Part shown: positions 40,769 through 51,246 of the stretch, piece after piece
Position numbering within the stretch: position 1 is the stretch's first letter
How the letters are laid out: each line of letters begins with the position of its first letter
Source: an uncultured Clostridia bacterium
Lineage (GTDB): Bacteria > Bacillota > Clostridia > TANB77 > CAG-508
Assembly: GCA_944388035.1 (NCBI GenBank)
Contig: CALXHF010000007.1
Location: forward strand, 6,741 to 70,740
Reading direction: 5' to 3'
Length of the DNA stretch: 64,000 bases
The notes under the pieces: generated by a model
Databases searched by the model: none
What the model was told of the DNA's origin: nothing
What the model saw: only the letters and a program-made list of their open reading frames with translations
Program-made: the position numbers and the translations under genes

Positions 40769-41137
40769 CTACTTGTTTAGGCTTTTATTCCAGTTCTCAT
40801 ATATTTCTTCTGTATTATGAAATTTTCTGCTTATCAGTACTGGAATGTTTTTAATGCTAATAACAATGCCTTCTAGGCTCTCATCTTCTTCGAAGATGCT
40901 TGATACTCTTAAGACTTCTTGTAGTTCGCAATTGTTTTCAAAACACCCTGCGAGTACTTCTATTATTTGTTTTGGAGTGGTATTCTGATTTATATAACTC
41001 CTTACAAACAAAAGTCCTTCATTGTGTGCAACATATTCTGTCATAACACTTATTCCGTCTTTTTCGAAAACAATATCTCCTACTACCTTTCTTGTTCTTA
41101 AGATATCAAACCTTCCAGCAATTTCTGTTACTGACAT
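40769..41137 (-). CDS. hypothetical protein (122 aa)
   Basis: ORF only. No motif recognised. Composition similar to the adjacent MBL gene. Confidence 0.4.
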   Translation of the reverse strand: MSVTEIAGRFDILRTRKVVGDIVFEKDGISVMTEYVAHNEGLLFVRSYINQNTTPKQIIEVLAGCFENNCELQEVLRVSSIFEEDESLEGIVISIKNIPVLISRKFHNTEEIYENWNKSLNK

Positions 41138-41310
41138 TTTTTCTCCTTATAACAAGCTTATTGCTATAAAAACATCATATCAAATTTCTATCGAAAAGTC
41201 AATTTATGTAAATTTTGTCTAGTTACAAAAATATTTTACTACCATTTTATATAATTGTGAACTATCAATCATCTAAAGCCAATGGGATTGCGGTTGCCTA
41301 TATTTCAATA

Positions 41311-42972
41311 TTAAAATATTCCTTTTATATTTTCTTTTTCATCAATATCAATGCTTTCTGCTGCAGGTACTTTTGGAAGACCTGGCATTGTCATAATCTT
41401 ACCTGCTAAAACTACAATAAAACCTGCCCCTGCTTTTATTTCAACATCTCTTACTGTAATATTATAATTATTATTACACTCTAAATTTTTAGGGTCATCT
41501 GAAAATGAATATTGTGTTTTTGCAATACAAACTGGTAAATTGCTATAACCTAGTTTTTCTATCATTTCAATATTTTTATTTGCTTCTTCTTTATATTCTA
41601 CGTCTTTTGCACCATAAATCTTAGTTGCAACCTTAAATATTTTTTCTTTAATACTATCATTATCATCATATATAAATTTAAAATCTTCCTTTTCTTCTAC
41701 TAATCTAGTTATTTTTTTAGCAATATCAGTTGCACCTTCTCCACCTTTTGCCCATCCTTCAACAACACTCATTTCTATATTTTTTTCTTTTAATTTATTT
41801 TCTAGCCAATTAATCTCTTTTTCTGTATCTTGAGTATATCTATTTAGAGCAACTATTACATTTAAGCCAAATTTATTTTTTAAATTATCTATATGACGAT
41901 ATAAATTATCAATTCCTTTTTCTAGACCTTCTATACTTTCTTCTTGTATTTTATCTTTCTCTATTCCGCCGTGATATTTAATTGCTTTTATAGTTGCAAC
42001 TAGAACTACAGCATCAGGTTTTAGTCCTGCTTTTCTACATTTTATATCTAAAAATTTTTCAGCACCTAAATCTGCTCCAAAACCTGCTTCTGTAATAACA
42101 TAATCTCCTAATTTCATTGCCATCTTAGTTGCAATAATACTATTACAACCATGTGCTATATTTGCAAAAGGACCACCGTGTATTATTGCTGGTGTATGTT
42201 CTAATGTTTGTACTAAATTTGGTTTTATAGCATCTTTTAAAAGTACAGCCATTGCTCCATTTGCTTTTAAATCTTTTGCAAAAATTGGTTTATTTTCTTT
42301 ATTAAAACCTACTATAATATTTCCTAATCTTTCTTTTAAATCTTTTATATCTTTTGATAAACATACGATTGCCATTATTTCTGATGCAACAGTTATATCA
42401 AATTTATCTCTTCTTGGTACAATTTTCTTTTCGCCAGATAAACCTGTTTCTACTTCTCTTAATTGTCTGTCATTTAAGTCCATACACCTTTTCCATACAA
42501 CTCTATCAAAACCTAATTCATTTCCAAAATAGATATGATTATCTATCATAGAAGAAAGTAAATTATTTGCAGATGTCATTGCATGAATATCTCCTGTAAA
42601 ATGTAAATTAATATCTTCCATTGGAGCTACTTGTACTCTTCCTCCACCAGTTGCCCCACCTTTTATGCCAAATACAGGACCTAAAGATGGTTCTCTCAAT
42701 GCTAAAATAGATTTTTTACCTATTTCTCTTAAACCATCTGCTATAGCAATTGATACAGTAGTTTTTCCTTCACCTAGAGGCGTTGGACTTATTGCTGTAA
42801 CTAATACTAATTTCCCATCCTTTTTATCTTTTCTTTTTTCTAGGATAGAGTTAGAAAGTTTAGCTTTATATTTTCCATATAACTCTATATCTTCTTCGTC
42901 TATTCCTAAATTTTTAGCAATTGTAGTAATTTCGTCTAACTCTGTATTTCTTGCAATTTCAATATCTGTCAT
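41311..42972 (-). CDS. fhs: formate--tetrahydrofolate ligase
   Basis: 553 aa, SDIEIA-type N-terminus (TDIEIARN), PTPLGEGKTT P-loop, EPSLGPVFGIKGGATGGG, full-length colinear FTHFS sequence. Confidence 0.97.
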   Translation of the reverse strand: MTDIEIARNTELDEITTIAKNLGIDEEDIELYGKYKAKLSNSILEKRKDKKDGKLVLVTAISPTPLGEGKTTVSIAIADGLREIGKKSILALREPSLGPVFGIKGGATGGGRVQVAPMEDINLHFTGDIHAMTSANNLLSSMIDNHIYFGNELGFDRVVWKRCMDLNDRQLREVETGLSGEKKIVPRRDKFDITVASEIMAIVCLSKDIKDLKERLGNIIVGFNKENKPIFAKDLKANGAMAVLLKDAIKPNLVQTLEHTPAIIHGGPFANIAHGCNSIIATKMAMKLGDYVITEAGFGADLGAEKFLDIKCRKAGLKPDAVVLVATIKAIKYHGGIEKDKIQEESIEGLEKGIDNLYRHIDNLKNKFGLNVIVALNRYTQDTEKEINWLENKLKEKNIEMSVVEGWAKGGEGATDIAKKITRLVEEKEDFKFIYDDNDSIKEKIFKVATKIYGAKDVEYKEEANKNIEMIEKLGYSNLPVCIAKTQYSFSDDPKNLECNNNYNITVRDVEIKAGAGFIVVLAGKIMTMPGLPKVPAAESIDIDEKENIKGIF

Positions 42973-42985
42973 ATATTATCCCTCC

Positions 42986-43015
42986 TTATAAAAAATAAAG
43001 GCTTAAAATAGCCTT
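42986..43015 (-). terminator. intrinsic terminator after the DUF212 gene
   Basis: Minus strand AAGGCT-atttta-AGCCTT followed by TATTTTTT. Confidence 0.6.
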
Positions 43016-43018
43016 ATT

Positions 43019-43463
43019 TTAAATTATTAACCCTGCCACAACACCAATTAAAGCTCCTACTAATACTTGAAAAGGAGTATGTCCTAATACTTCTACTAAT
43101 TTTTCAGAAACTTGCATACTAGTTAAGCCTGGTGTTTCTATTAATTTATTTAATAATTCTGCTTGTTTTCCTGCTGCTCTTCTTACTCCGGCAAGCATCA
43201 TACATAACAACAAAAGCAACAACCATTGCCACTGCAAAAATAGGTGTTCCTACACCTTCATATTTTCCAACTAAAGTTGCCAAACTTGCAACAACAGCAG
43301 AGTGAGAACTTGGCATACCACCTGCACCTAATATCCTTTTAAAATTAAATTTTTTTGTTGTTACTAAATCATATATTAGTTTAAATAATTGAATTCCAAA
43401 CCATAATAAAAATGGAACATATATATATTTATTTTGTATAAAAGTCATTAAATCATTTTCCAT
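43019..43463 (-). CDS. divergent PAP2 family membrane protein (DUF212, YuiD-like); needs +1 at CGG 43190-43188: complement(join(43019..43189,43191..43463))
   Basis: ...GGMPSSHSAVVASLAT...AVAMVVAFVVMYDAC then CGG, and the 0 frame derails. Skipping C43190 gives -G-VRRAAGKQAELLNKLIE...EVLGHTPFQVLVGALIG, the conserved DUF212 second half. Confidence 0.88.
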
Positions 43464-43483
43464 TATAAAAAACTCTCCTTTTT

Positions 43484-43720
43484 TTATTCTTCAGTTTCAA
43501 AATTTTCTTCTTTCATTTCTCCGTCTTTATTTACTAAAATTGTTATTTTCTTTTCTGCTTCTTCTAATATTTTATTACACTCTTTTGAAATTTTAATTCC
43601 TTCTTCAAATTTAGCAACTGAATCATCTAAATTCAAATCTCCTTTTTCTAACTCAGAGACTATTTTCTCTAAACTTTCCATTTGTTCTTCAAAACTTTTA
43701 CTCATTTTACTTTTCTCCAA
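43484..43720 (-). CDS. xseB: exodeoxyribonuclease VII small subunit
   Basis: FEEQMESLEKIVSELEKGDLNLDDSVAKFEEGIKISKEC is the canonical XseB sequence. Confidence 0.93.
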   Translation of the reverse strand: MEKSKMSKSFEEQMESLEKIVSELEKGDLNLDDSVAKFEEGIKISKECNKILEEAEKKITILVNKDGEMKEENFETEE

Positions 43721-43730
43721 TCTATTTATT

Positions 43731-44925
43731 TTAATCTATAATTGCAGATTTTCTTCCATCTGTAAACCTTAAATCAATTTTATCTCCTTTTTTTAACTCA
43801 TCTTTTCTTTTAATTATTTTACCATCTTTTTCTGTTATAGAATACCCTCTAGATAGTGTTTTTAGAGGACTTAAGGCATCTAGTTTTGTTACTAACTCTA
43901 TATATTTGTTTTTTTCTTTCTCAGATTTAATCTTAATTCCAGCTTCTAATCTTTTTAACAAATTATCTAAGCTTAAATAGTTATCATTTACCTTTCTTAA
44001 AGGTTCTCTAAATACTACACTTGACATTACTTTTTCAAAACTTAATTTCATTAATTCTACTTTTTTTAATAAAGCCATCCTTAATCTATCTTGATAACTT
44101 ATAATTTTTTTATTTAATTCATATACGTCTGGAACTGCAAGTTCTGCTGCTGCAGATGGTGTTGGTGCTCTTAAATCAGCAACAAAATCTGATATTGAAA
44201 AATCTGTTTCGTGTCCTACTGCAGATATTATAGGTATTTTTGAATCATATATGCTTTGTGCCACAATTTCTTCATTAAAAGGCCATAAATCTTCTAAAGA
44301 GCCTCCTCCACGTGCTAAAATTATTACATCTGCTAGATTATTTTTATTCATATATCTAATTCCATCTGCAATCTTTTCTGCCGCACCGTTCACCTTGTAC
44401 AGGAACTGGTAATAATCTTATATAAACATTTGGGTTTCTTCTTGTTGAAACATTTATAATATCTCTTATTACAGAACCTGTTTTAGAAGTTAATACTCCT
44501 ATTACTTTTGGCATAAGAGGTATTTTCTTTTTATGTTCTTCTGAAAATAGACCTTGTCTTTCTAATCTATCTTTTAGTTCTTTGTATTTAGTATATAAAT
44601 CACCTAAGCCATCTTCTTCCATTAATTTCACATATATTTGATAAACTCCATCTCTTTCAAAAACAGCTACACTTCCCAAAACTATAACTTTCATACCGTC
44701 TTTTGGTATGAAAGTTAATTTTTCAGCATATGATTTAAAGCATATACATTTAATTAAAGAATTTTCATCTTTTAATGTAAAATACATATGACCTGTATAA
44801 TGATTTTTAAAATTAGATATTTCACCCTTAACAAGAACTTGACTTAAATTCTCGTCATTTGCTATTTTATCTTTTATATATCTATTTAAGTCAGAAACCG
44901 TAACTGCCATATCACTATATCTCAT
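43731..44925 (-). CDS. xseA: exodeoxyribonuclease VII large subunit; needs +1 at CGG 44388-44386: complement(join(43731..44387,44389..44925))
   Basis: OB-fold N-terminus ([11 protein letters not shown]...[18 protein letters not shown]), ...LLPVPVQGE then CGG. Skipping C44388 gives [19 protein letters not shown]...[18 protein letters not shown]...SAVGHETDF. Confidence 0.93.
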
Positions 44926-44941
44926 ATTAATTCTTCCTTTT

Positions 44942-45343
44942 CTATTCTTTTACTACACTTGCTAAAATACCATTTACAAACTTTTGTGAAATATCTTCAC
45001 CATATTTTTTTGCAAGCTCAACAGCTTCATTTATAACTACTTTAAATGGTAATTCTTTATATTTTATTTCATATATTGCAAGTTTTAATATACTTAAATC
45101 TATTTTAGAAATACGTTCTAATTTCCAATCTGATTTTAAATTTTTAGAAATTTCTTCTTCTATTTCTTCTTTATTTTTTTCTATTCCAAAAACTGCATCT
45201 TTTATGTATGTAACTACATCTTCACCATTTAAGTTGTTGTCTTCTAGATATAACTCCAATTGTTCTTCTATATTTTCTTTTTTTTGTATTTCTAAACTAT
45301 ATATTAATTTAAAAGCTTCTTCTCTTATTCTAGATCGATTCAT
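44942..45343 (-). CDS. nusB: transcription antitermination factor NusB
   Basis: [17 protein letters not shown]...[17 protein letters not shown]...[14 protein letters not shown]. Confidence 0.93.
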   Translation of the reverse strand: MNRSRIREEAFKLIYSLEIQKKENIEEQLELYLEDNNLNGEDVVTYIKDAVFGIEKNKEEIEEEISKNLKSDWKLERISKIDLSILKLAIYEIKYKELPFKVVINEAVELAKKYGEDISQKFVNGILASVVKE

Positions 45344-45361
45344 TTTGTTTCCTTTCTGTTT

Positions 45362-45574
45362 TTACATTTTGTCAATAAAACTTTTTAATTTTGTTTTAAC
45401 ATCTTCTTTATTTTGTTGTACATAATTTCCAATTATAGCACCCAATACTATTACAACTACGGCTATTATTAAATCTTGTAATCTTGTTATCAGTATCAAC
45501 ACTGCTATAATTATTCCTATAATTGCACCTTTATAATGATTCCAAAAATCTTTAAAACCATCCATTTTTATCAT
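45362..45574 (-). CDS. DUF2273 small integral membrane protein
   Basis: 70 aa, two TM helices. Conserved position between amaP and nusB in asp23 clusters. Confidence 0.7.
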   Translation of the reverse strand: MIKMDGFKDFWNHYKGAIIGIIIAVLILITRLQDLIIAVVVIVLGAIIGNYVQQNKEDVKTKLKSFIDKM

Positions 45575-45586
45575 CCTTTCCTTAGT

Positions 45587-46138
45587 TTATGCTTCTTCTT
45601 GTTTATCCGCAACTTTTTTAACTGTTATATTTACTTCTTTAACTTCTAAGTCTGTTGCTGTTTTTATTTTTTCCTTTATTTTTGTTTGTAAGTTTGCTGA
45701 TAAATCTTTTATTACTACATCAGAACTTACTATTAAATTAATATAAACTTTTACATTATTCTCTTTATCTAACTCAACTCTTGTTGTAACATTTTCTGTG
45801 CTTTGGAAATTTAATGCTACAGAATTTACTAGATTTTCTATTGTCTCTTTAGAAATCATAAGTTTTCCACTTTCGTTTTCTAATAAAACTCCTTGTCTTT
45901 CTTTTATTTGTTCTTTTGATGTTGAATCAAAGAATATACATTTAATTGATAATAATATAAATACTATACTTAAACCTAGTACTATTTTACTTGATGTTTC
46001 CCCTACTATTATTCTATATATTACGTTTCCTGTAATATCCATATCTAGCCATCCAAATATTAATAAACATAGTATTATTGATAATATTAGCATAATATTA
46101 GAATATATTATTAATGTGATTTTTTCTAAAATTTTCAT
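45587..46138 (-). CDS. amaP: alkaline shock response membrane anchor protein AmaP
   Basis: Two N-terminal TM helices plus an Asp23-like soluble part. Immediately downstream of asp23. Confidence 0.7.
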   Translation of the reverse strand: MKILEKITLIIYSNIMLILSIILCLLIFGWLDMDITGNVIYRIIVGETSSKIVLGLSIVFILLSIKCIFFDSTSKEQIKERQGVLLENESGKLMISKETIENLVNSVALNFQSTENVTTRVELDKENNVKVYINLIVSSDVVIKDLSANLQTKIKEKIKTATDLEVKEVNITVKKVADKQEEA

Positions 46139-46184
46139 TTCTTTTATTCTCCTTTTTTTTACTTTATTTTATTTTTTATTTATT

Positions 46185-46622
46185 TTACTCTTCAGATTTA
46201 TCTTCTTTTTCAGTATTTGCTGTATCTGTATTTACACCTTGTACGTGAACATTTACTTCTTCTACTTTTAATCCTGTCATACTTTCAACTGCTTTTTTCA
46301 CTCTATTTTGAATCTCAAAAGCCACATCAGGTATTCTTGAACCATACTCTACTATAATATTTACATCTATTTTAACATTTTTTTCATTAATTTCTGTTTT
46401 TATTCCTTTAGCTAAATTTTTCTTTCCACTAAGTACTTCTGATATTCCTCCTGCAAATCCTCCTGCCATACCAGCAACTCCTTGGACTTCTGATACTGCA
46501 ACACCTGCTATTACTGATACAACATCGTCTGATATTTTTATTCCATCATCTTCTGTTTTTATTTCTTCATCTAGCTCTACTAATTCCTCTTTTTTCTCAT
46601 TTTCTTTATTTTCATCACTCAT
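46185..46622 (-). CDS. Asp23/Gls24 family envelope stress response protein
   Basis: ISDDVVSVIAGVAVSEVQGVAGM...VKIDVNIIVEYGSRIPDVAFEIQNRVKKAVESMTGLKVEEVNVHVQGV. Confidence 0.9.
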   Translation of the reverse strand: MSDENKENEKKEELVELDEEIKTEDDGIKISDDVVSVIAGVAVSEVQGVAGMAGGFAGGISEVLSGKKNLAKGIKTEINEKNVKIDVNIIVEYGSRIPDVAFEIQNRVKKAVESMTGLKVEEVNVHVQGVNTDTANTEKEDKSEE

Positions 46623-46731
46623 ATTAAATTCCTCCTAACAAAAAAGATATACTTTATTTATTTCTAAATAAGTATATCAATTTTTTATTAATTTTACAAC
46701 TATTTTAAAAAATTTTAAGAAAATTTTTATA

Positions 46732-48213
46732 TTAATCACTAATTTTTACAACTACGGTATTTTCTATAATTTTAATGCTATCTTCATCTGGGAAATTTGC
46801 CATAGAATTATACTCTTCTGTTTCTAAAACATCTTTACACTCATCTTTTCCTACTAATTTTAAATTAACCCCAACATATTCATAAAACATCTTATTCCAA
46901 CTATCTTGGTTATCTTCCCACACTGTTGGTTCATCTGAAATAAATCCCCAAGTTCTATCAAATATTTTTTTAGTTTCTAGCCCTGTATTTTCTCTTGATA
47001 AATAATTATTATCTTTAAGATTTCCAACTATTAGAACTGGCATATTTACATTAAAATTATCTAAATTTTCTATTCTATCCACAATTCTTAAAGCAGTATT
47101 TTCTGTTTGGTTTTGCATCACTTTTATTGCTAAATATGACGCATTATCTTGCCAAATATAATTCCAAGAAATTATAATTGTAGAAATTACTACAATATAT
47201 TTCACAACTTTTGTTATATTTGTTTTAGGTAAAATCTCCAAAATCTTTAAAAATATTGGAATAATAAAAATCATAGAGCAAGCCATTAAAATATGTATAT
47301 CAACATCTGGTATCATAATCTCTATTACACCAAAACAAATTGGTAAAATCACAATTAGAAATAATAATAAAAATGTATTTGATATTTTCTCATATATTTT
47401 ATTTTTTATAGCTATATAGATTAAAGAACCTAATGATAGTGTAAAAATAATTATATAAAAAATGTTCGTGTGCCAAATTGTATTTGGTATCATTTTATCT
47501 GTGAAATAATAATTAAAAAAACTTGTATAACTTTGTGGCAACAAATTTGGGATATTTAATAAATTATCTATTCCAATTTCATTTGCTCCACTATAGTTAC
47601 TTACTTCTAAGTTTTTAAAGAATAATGTCACATATGCAAAAACATAAAATAATATTATTCCAATTATGCCCATAATAATATATCTTAAAGCATTTTTTAA
47701 AACTTGTTTTATATCTTTTTTATTTAATATATCTATAATTAAACTAGCTACTGCAAGCACCATTGCAACTGATAAATATGTTTGATACATACCCATTGCA
47801 AAAGCTAAAAACATACCTGCTAAGAAAATTATACTCTTACTTTTTTCAAACTTTTTAACTAAAAATACAGACATTGTGGCAAATAACATACCTAATATAT
47901 AAGCATCTGAACAATAGAAAAATGTTAGTGTTGCAGAAATATTTGGTGCTACTGCAAATACAATTGCTGTTATATATTTTAAATATTTGTTTTTTATATC
48001 TAATGTTTTTATAACTAAAACTACTGTTATTGCAAGTAATAATGTACTAATTATTGTAACTAATACAGGTGATACTATATTTCCTTTAATTCCTTGTATA
48101 AAATCTAAACCAAATCTTAAAAGCATAGCTTCCCAGATATCTGCTTGGTGATATGTACTATCTATTAAAGTATCTGGTCCTGTTATAATTAAAGCATATA
48201 ATTGGAAATGCAC
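46732..48213 (-). CDS. polytopic membrane protein, glucosyltransferase (GtrII-like) type; true N-terminus probably further upstream (to about 48303)
   Basis: More than 10 TM helices plus a C-terminal soluble domain. The frame stays open 30 codons upstream of the GTG at 48213 and encodes the missing half of TM1 (KETRNVILITIITSLIV). There is no ATG/GTG/TTG there, but ATA 48303-48301 lies 8 nt after a GGAAAGAGG RBS. Confidence 0.6.
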   Translation of the reverse strand: MHFQLYALIITGPDTLIDSTYHQADIWEAMLLRFGLDFIQGIKGNIVSPVLVTIISTLLLAITVVLVIKTLDIKNKYLKYITAIVFAVAPNISATLTFFYCSDAYILGMLFATMSVFLVKKFEKSKSIIFLAGMFLAFAMGMYQTYLSVAMVLAVASLIIDILNKKDIKQVLKNALRYIIMGIIGIILFYVFAYVTLFFKNLEVSNYSGANEIGIDNLLNIPNLLPQSYTSFFNYYFTDKMIPNTIWHTNIFYIIIFTLSLGSLIYIAIKNKIYEKISNTFLLLFLIVILPICFGVIEIMIPDVDIHILMACSMIFIIPIFLKILEILPKTNITKVVKYIVVISTIIISWNYIWQDNASYLAIKVMQNQTENTALRIVDRIENLDNFNVNMPVLIVGNLKDNNYLSRENTGLETKKIFDRTWGFISDEPTVWEDNQDSWNKMFYEYVGVNLKLVGKDECKDVLETEEYNSMANFPDEDSIKIIENTVVVKISD

Positions 48214-48326
48214 TATTAAAGAAGTTATTATAGTTATTAAAATAACATTTCTTGTTTCCTTATCATTATATAAATTAATTAACTTTTGTTTTACTTTTTC
48301 TATTTTAAAAACCTCTTTCCTTTTAT

Positions 48327-48797
48327 TTATTCATTTATCCAATTAATAATTTCTTCATCTGTTTCATTACCTAAAATTCTTTTTCCTTGTTTCCAGTTAT
48401 AATTTGGATATGTTTTCTTTAAATCATTTTCACAATAAAGCATACCAGAACCACCTGATGTACAAAATGGTATTAAATTTTTTTTAGAAAAATCTTTACT
48501 TTCTATAAAAGTATTTACAACAGTTGGGCAGACTCCCCACCAAATAGGAAAACCTATTAGAATTGTATCATAATTACTAATATCTAAATTATCTTCGTTT
48601 ATTTCTGGTCTAAAAGATTTATTTTGCATCTCAACAGATGATCTAGATTGTTTATTTCTCCAATCTAAATCTTCTTTAGTATATTTTTCTTTTGGCTCAA
48701 TTTCGAACAAATCACCATTAACTATTTTTGAAATTCTTTCTGCTTCAGCTTTAGTTACTCCGCTTGCTGAAAAATAAGTTATTAATATATTACTCAT
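48327..48797 (-). CDS. flavodoxin family protein
   Basis: MSNILITYFSASGVTK..., GFPIWWGVCPTVVNTF, 156 aa. Confidence 0.85.
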   Translation of the reverse strand: MSNILITYFSASGVTKAEAERISKIVNGDLFEIEPKEKYTKEDLDWRNKQSRSSVEMQNKSFRPEINEDNLDISNYDTILIGFPIWWGVCPTVVNTFIESKDFSKKNLIPFCTSGGSGMLYCENDLKKTYPNYNWKQGKRILGNETDEEIINWINE

Positions 48798-48893
48798 AAT
48801 AACATCATCTCCTAAAAAATTTTTTCTTTATCTTGTATTTTCTATTTATTTATATCACTTTTTAATATCTCTATCAATAGTTTTTACTTATTT

Positions 48894-49658
48894 TTAAATC
48901 TCAAGCATTAAATTAGATTCTTCTATTACTTTTTGTAATTCTTCTTTTCCTAAACTTCTTATTTTGTTTACATTTGTTTTAGTATAGTAAACTTTTATTT
49001 TTTTCTTACAATCTTCTATATCTTTATTTTTATTTATTATTATTTCTGTATTAAAGCTAGTATTATTACCATTATTTAACTCAGCCATACTATCCCAAGA
49101 TTCATAATGGCTTTTTATTTTATTTTGTAGTAACATTTTTCCATTTACAAATATTAGAGTTTCATCATCTATATTAATATATTCTGAATATAATGTAACT
49201 AAACTAATTCCATTAAAAGAACATATAATATCTTCGTTATTTATTTCACATTTTATCAATCTATTATCATACTCCAAAGTTACTTCGAAATTCCTGTATA
49301 TAATATTTGTTATTAATAATAATATCGAAAATATTATTATAATTGTTAGAACTATAATTATTTTATTTTTAACTTTTTTATTCTTTTCTGATTCTTTTGC
49401 TATATTAATAATATTTTCATTTGCTTTTTCTTTGTATTCTCCTTCTTCTAATTTTTCACCACTTAATAATTCGTTTACAGTAATTCCAAGATATGTACAT
49501 AGTTCTAACATAATAGAAGCATCTGGTATACCTCTTCCTGTTTCCCATTTAGAAATAGCTTTATTAGAAATATTTAGTTTGTCTGCGAGCTCGCTTTGTG
49601 TAAAACTTTTTTCTTTTCTGCATTTTGCTATAAATTTTCCTATTTTTTCTTGGTTCAT
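48894..49658 (-). CDS. XRE-family HTH protein with TM segment and extracytoplasmic domain
   Basis: MNQEKIGKFIAKCRKEKSFTQSELADKLNISNKAISKWETGRGIPD, then TM IIIVLTIIIIFSILLLITNII. ATG 49658 has an AAAGGAGGAAAC RBS; the ORF track extends to 49697. Confidence 0.8.
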   Translation of the reverse strand: MNQEKIGKFIAKCRKEKSFTQSELADKLNISNKAISKWETGRGIPDASIMLELCTYLGITVNELLSGEKLEEGEYKEKANENIINIAKESEKNKKVKNKIIIVLTIIIIFSILLLITNIIYRNFEVTLEYDNRLIKCEINNEDIICSFNGISLVTLYSEYINIDDETLIFVNGKMLLQNKIKSHYESWDSMAELNNGNNTSFNTEIIINKNKDIEDCKKKIKVYYTKTNVNKIRSLGKEELQKVIEESNLMLEI

Positions 49659-49815
49659 AATTGTTTCCTCCTTTATTTTTTCTATAATATAACCCAATTT
49701 TTTAAAACTTTAAACTTCTTTTAAGTAGATTTTCTTGTTTTTTAATCTACTATTAGTAGAATTTCATATAAATTAAAAAGAATATTATTAAAATAACAAT
49801 ATTCTTTTTATTATT

Positions 49816-51153
49816 TTACAATTTTATTAAATTTTTAATATTTCCTATTAAATATAGAGGAATATTTATTAACCAATCTTCTTTTCTATAATCTTTCATA
49901 GAAGTTCTAATGTTTATTTTTGTATTATATTTTTGTACAAATGATTTTAGGCTTTTTGCTTGTAAATTTTCACTTGCTTTAACTTCTATTGGTATATTAT
50001 TATTTTCTAATTGTGTAATATAATCTATTTCAGATTCTCCCTTTTCTGCTGACCAGTAAAATATTGAAGTATTAATATTTGATTTTAACTCTTCTAAAAC
50101 ATATTGTTCAGTAAGAGAACCTTTAAACTCAATAAAAATTTTATTTCCTTCTAAAATTGTTATTGGATCTATTTCTGCTTTAGCACACAGTAGACCTACA
50201 TCTAACAAATATAATTTAAAAGCACTAAAATCTTGATATGCTGATAATGGAATTTTACAATCTTTTACTCTATTTACTTGATATATTAAACCACTATCTA
50301 TAAGCCAAGACAATGCACGCTCGTATTCTCTTGCTCTAGCTCCCTCTTTAATTAAACCATATATAAATTTTTTATTTTCTTTTGCTAATTGTGTTGGTAT
50401 ATTGTTCCATAATTGCCTAATTCTAGGAACAATTTCATTAGGAGCATGTTTTGAAAAATCTTGCTCATATGCTGTAAGTAAAGTATTTTGTATTCTTCTT
50501 ACATCAATAAAATCTTTTTTCTCTACATAGCTTTCTACAACTTCTGGCATTCCACCAATAAACATATATTGCCTTAAATAATCTTTTAGCTTATCTGAAA
50601 ACACCTTTATTAATTCCATATCATTGCTATTAATTAAGTCAACTAAATTTTTTTCACCTAAAGCAATTAAAAATTCTGAAAAGTTTAAAGGGTAAATATC
50701 CATAAAATCTACTTTTCCAACTGGAAATGATGTACCTTCGTGCATTGCAACTCCAAGCAAAGACCCTGCTGCTACTATATGATATTCTCTTGCATTTTCA
50801 CAAAAATATTTTAAAGACTTTAATGCTTTTGGTACTTCCTGAACTTCATCAAATATTATTAAAGTATTTTCTGGTTCAATATTGACGCCTGATTCTAATT
50901 TTAAACCTTGTAAAATTCTTTTAATATCAAAATCTCCAGAAAATAATTGTTCCATTTTTTCATTATCATCTAGATTTATATACGCACATTTTTCATATTC
51001 ATTTTCTCCAAATTCTTTCATAAGCCAAGTTTTTCCTACTTGTCTTGCACCTCTTAATATTAAAGGTTTTCTGTCTTTGGAATTTTTCCATTTTTTTAAG
51101 TCTTCTATTTTATACCTATACAATTTTATCACCTCATATACATTATAGCTCAA
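49816..51153 (-). CDS. AAA-type ATPase with DUF4143 domain
   Basis: KPLILRGARQVGKTWL Walker A, LIIFDEVQ Walker B, C-terminal DUF4143-like region. Likely true start is TTG 51123 (GAGGTGATAAAATTG). Confidence 0.8.
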   Translation of the reverse strand: MSYNVYEVIKLYRYKIEDLKKWKNSKDRKPLILRGARQVGKTWLMKEFGENEYEKCAYINLDDNEKMEQLFSGDFDIKRILQGLKLESGVNIEPENTLIIFDEVQEVPKALKSLKYFCENAREYHIVAAGSLLGVAMHEGTSFPVGKVDFMDIYPLNFSEFLIALGEKNLVDLINSNDMELIKVFSDKLKDYLRQYMFIGGMPEVVESYVEKKDFIDVRRIQNTLLTAYEQDFSKHAPNEIVPRIRQLWNNIPTQLAKENKKFIYGLIKEGARAREYERALSWLIDSGLIYQVNRVKDCKIPLSAYQDFSAFKLYLLDVGLLCAKAEIDPITILEGNKIFIEFKGSLTEQYVLEELKSNINTSIFYWSAEKGESEIDYITQLENNNIPIEVKASENLQAKSLKSFVQKYNTKINIRTSMKDYRKEDWLINIPLYLIGNIKNLIKL

Positions 51154-51158
51154 AAAGG

Positions 51159-51246
51159 CACAAAAGTCAAACGATTTTTGTGATGTACTTACACATTTTT
51201 CGTACGACTTTTGTGATTATAATACACATTTTTCAAAGGACTTTTT
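51159..51246. repeat. three copies (one inverted) of a ~24-nt operator-like motif upstream of the AAA ATPase gene
   Basis: CACAAAAGTCaaacGATTTTTGTG (51159-51182), ACACATTTTTCgtacGACTTTTGTG (51191-51215), ACACATTTTTCaaagGACTTTTT (51224-51246). Confidence 0.5.
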
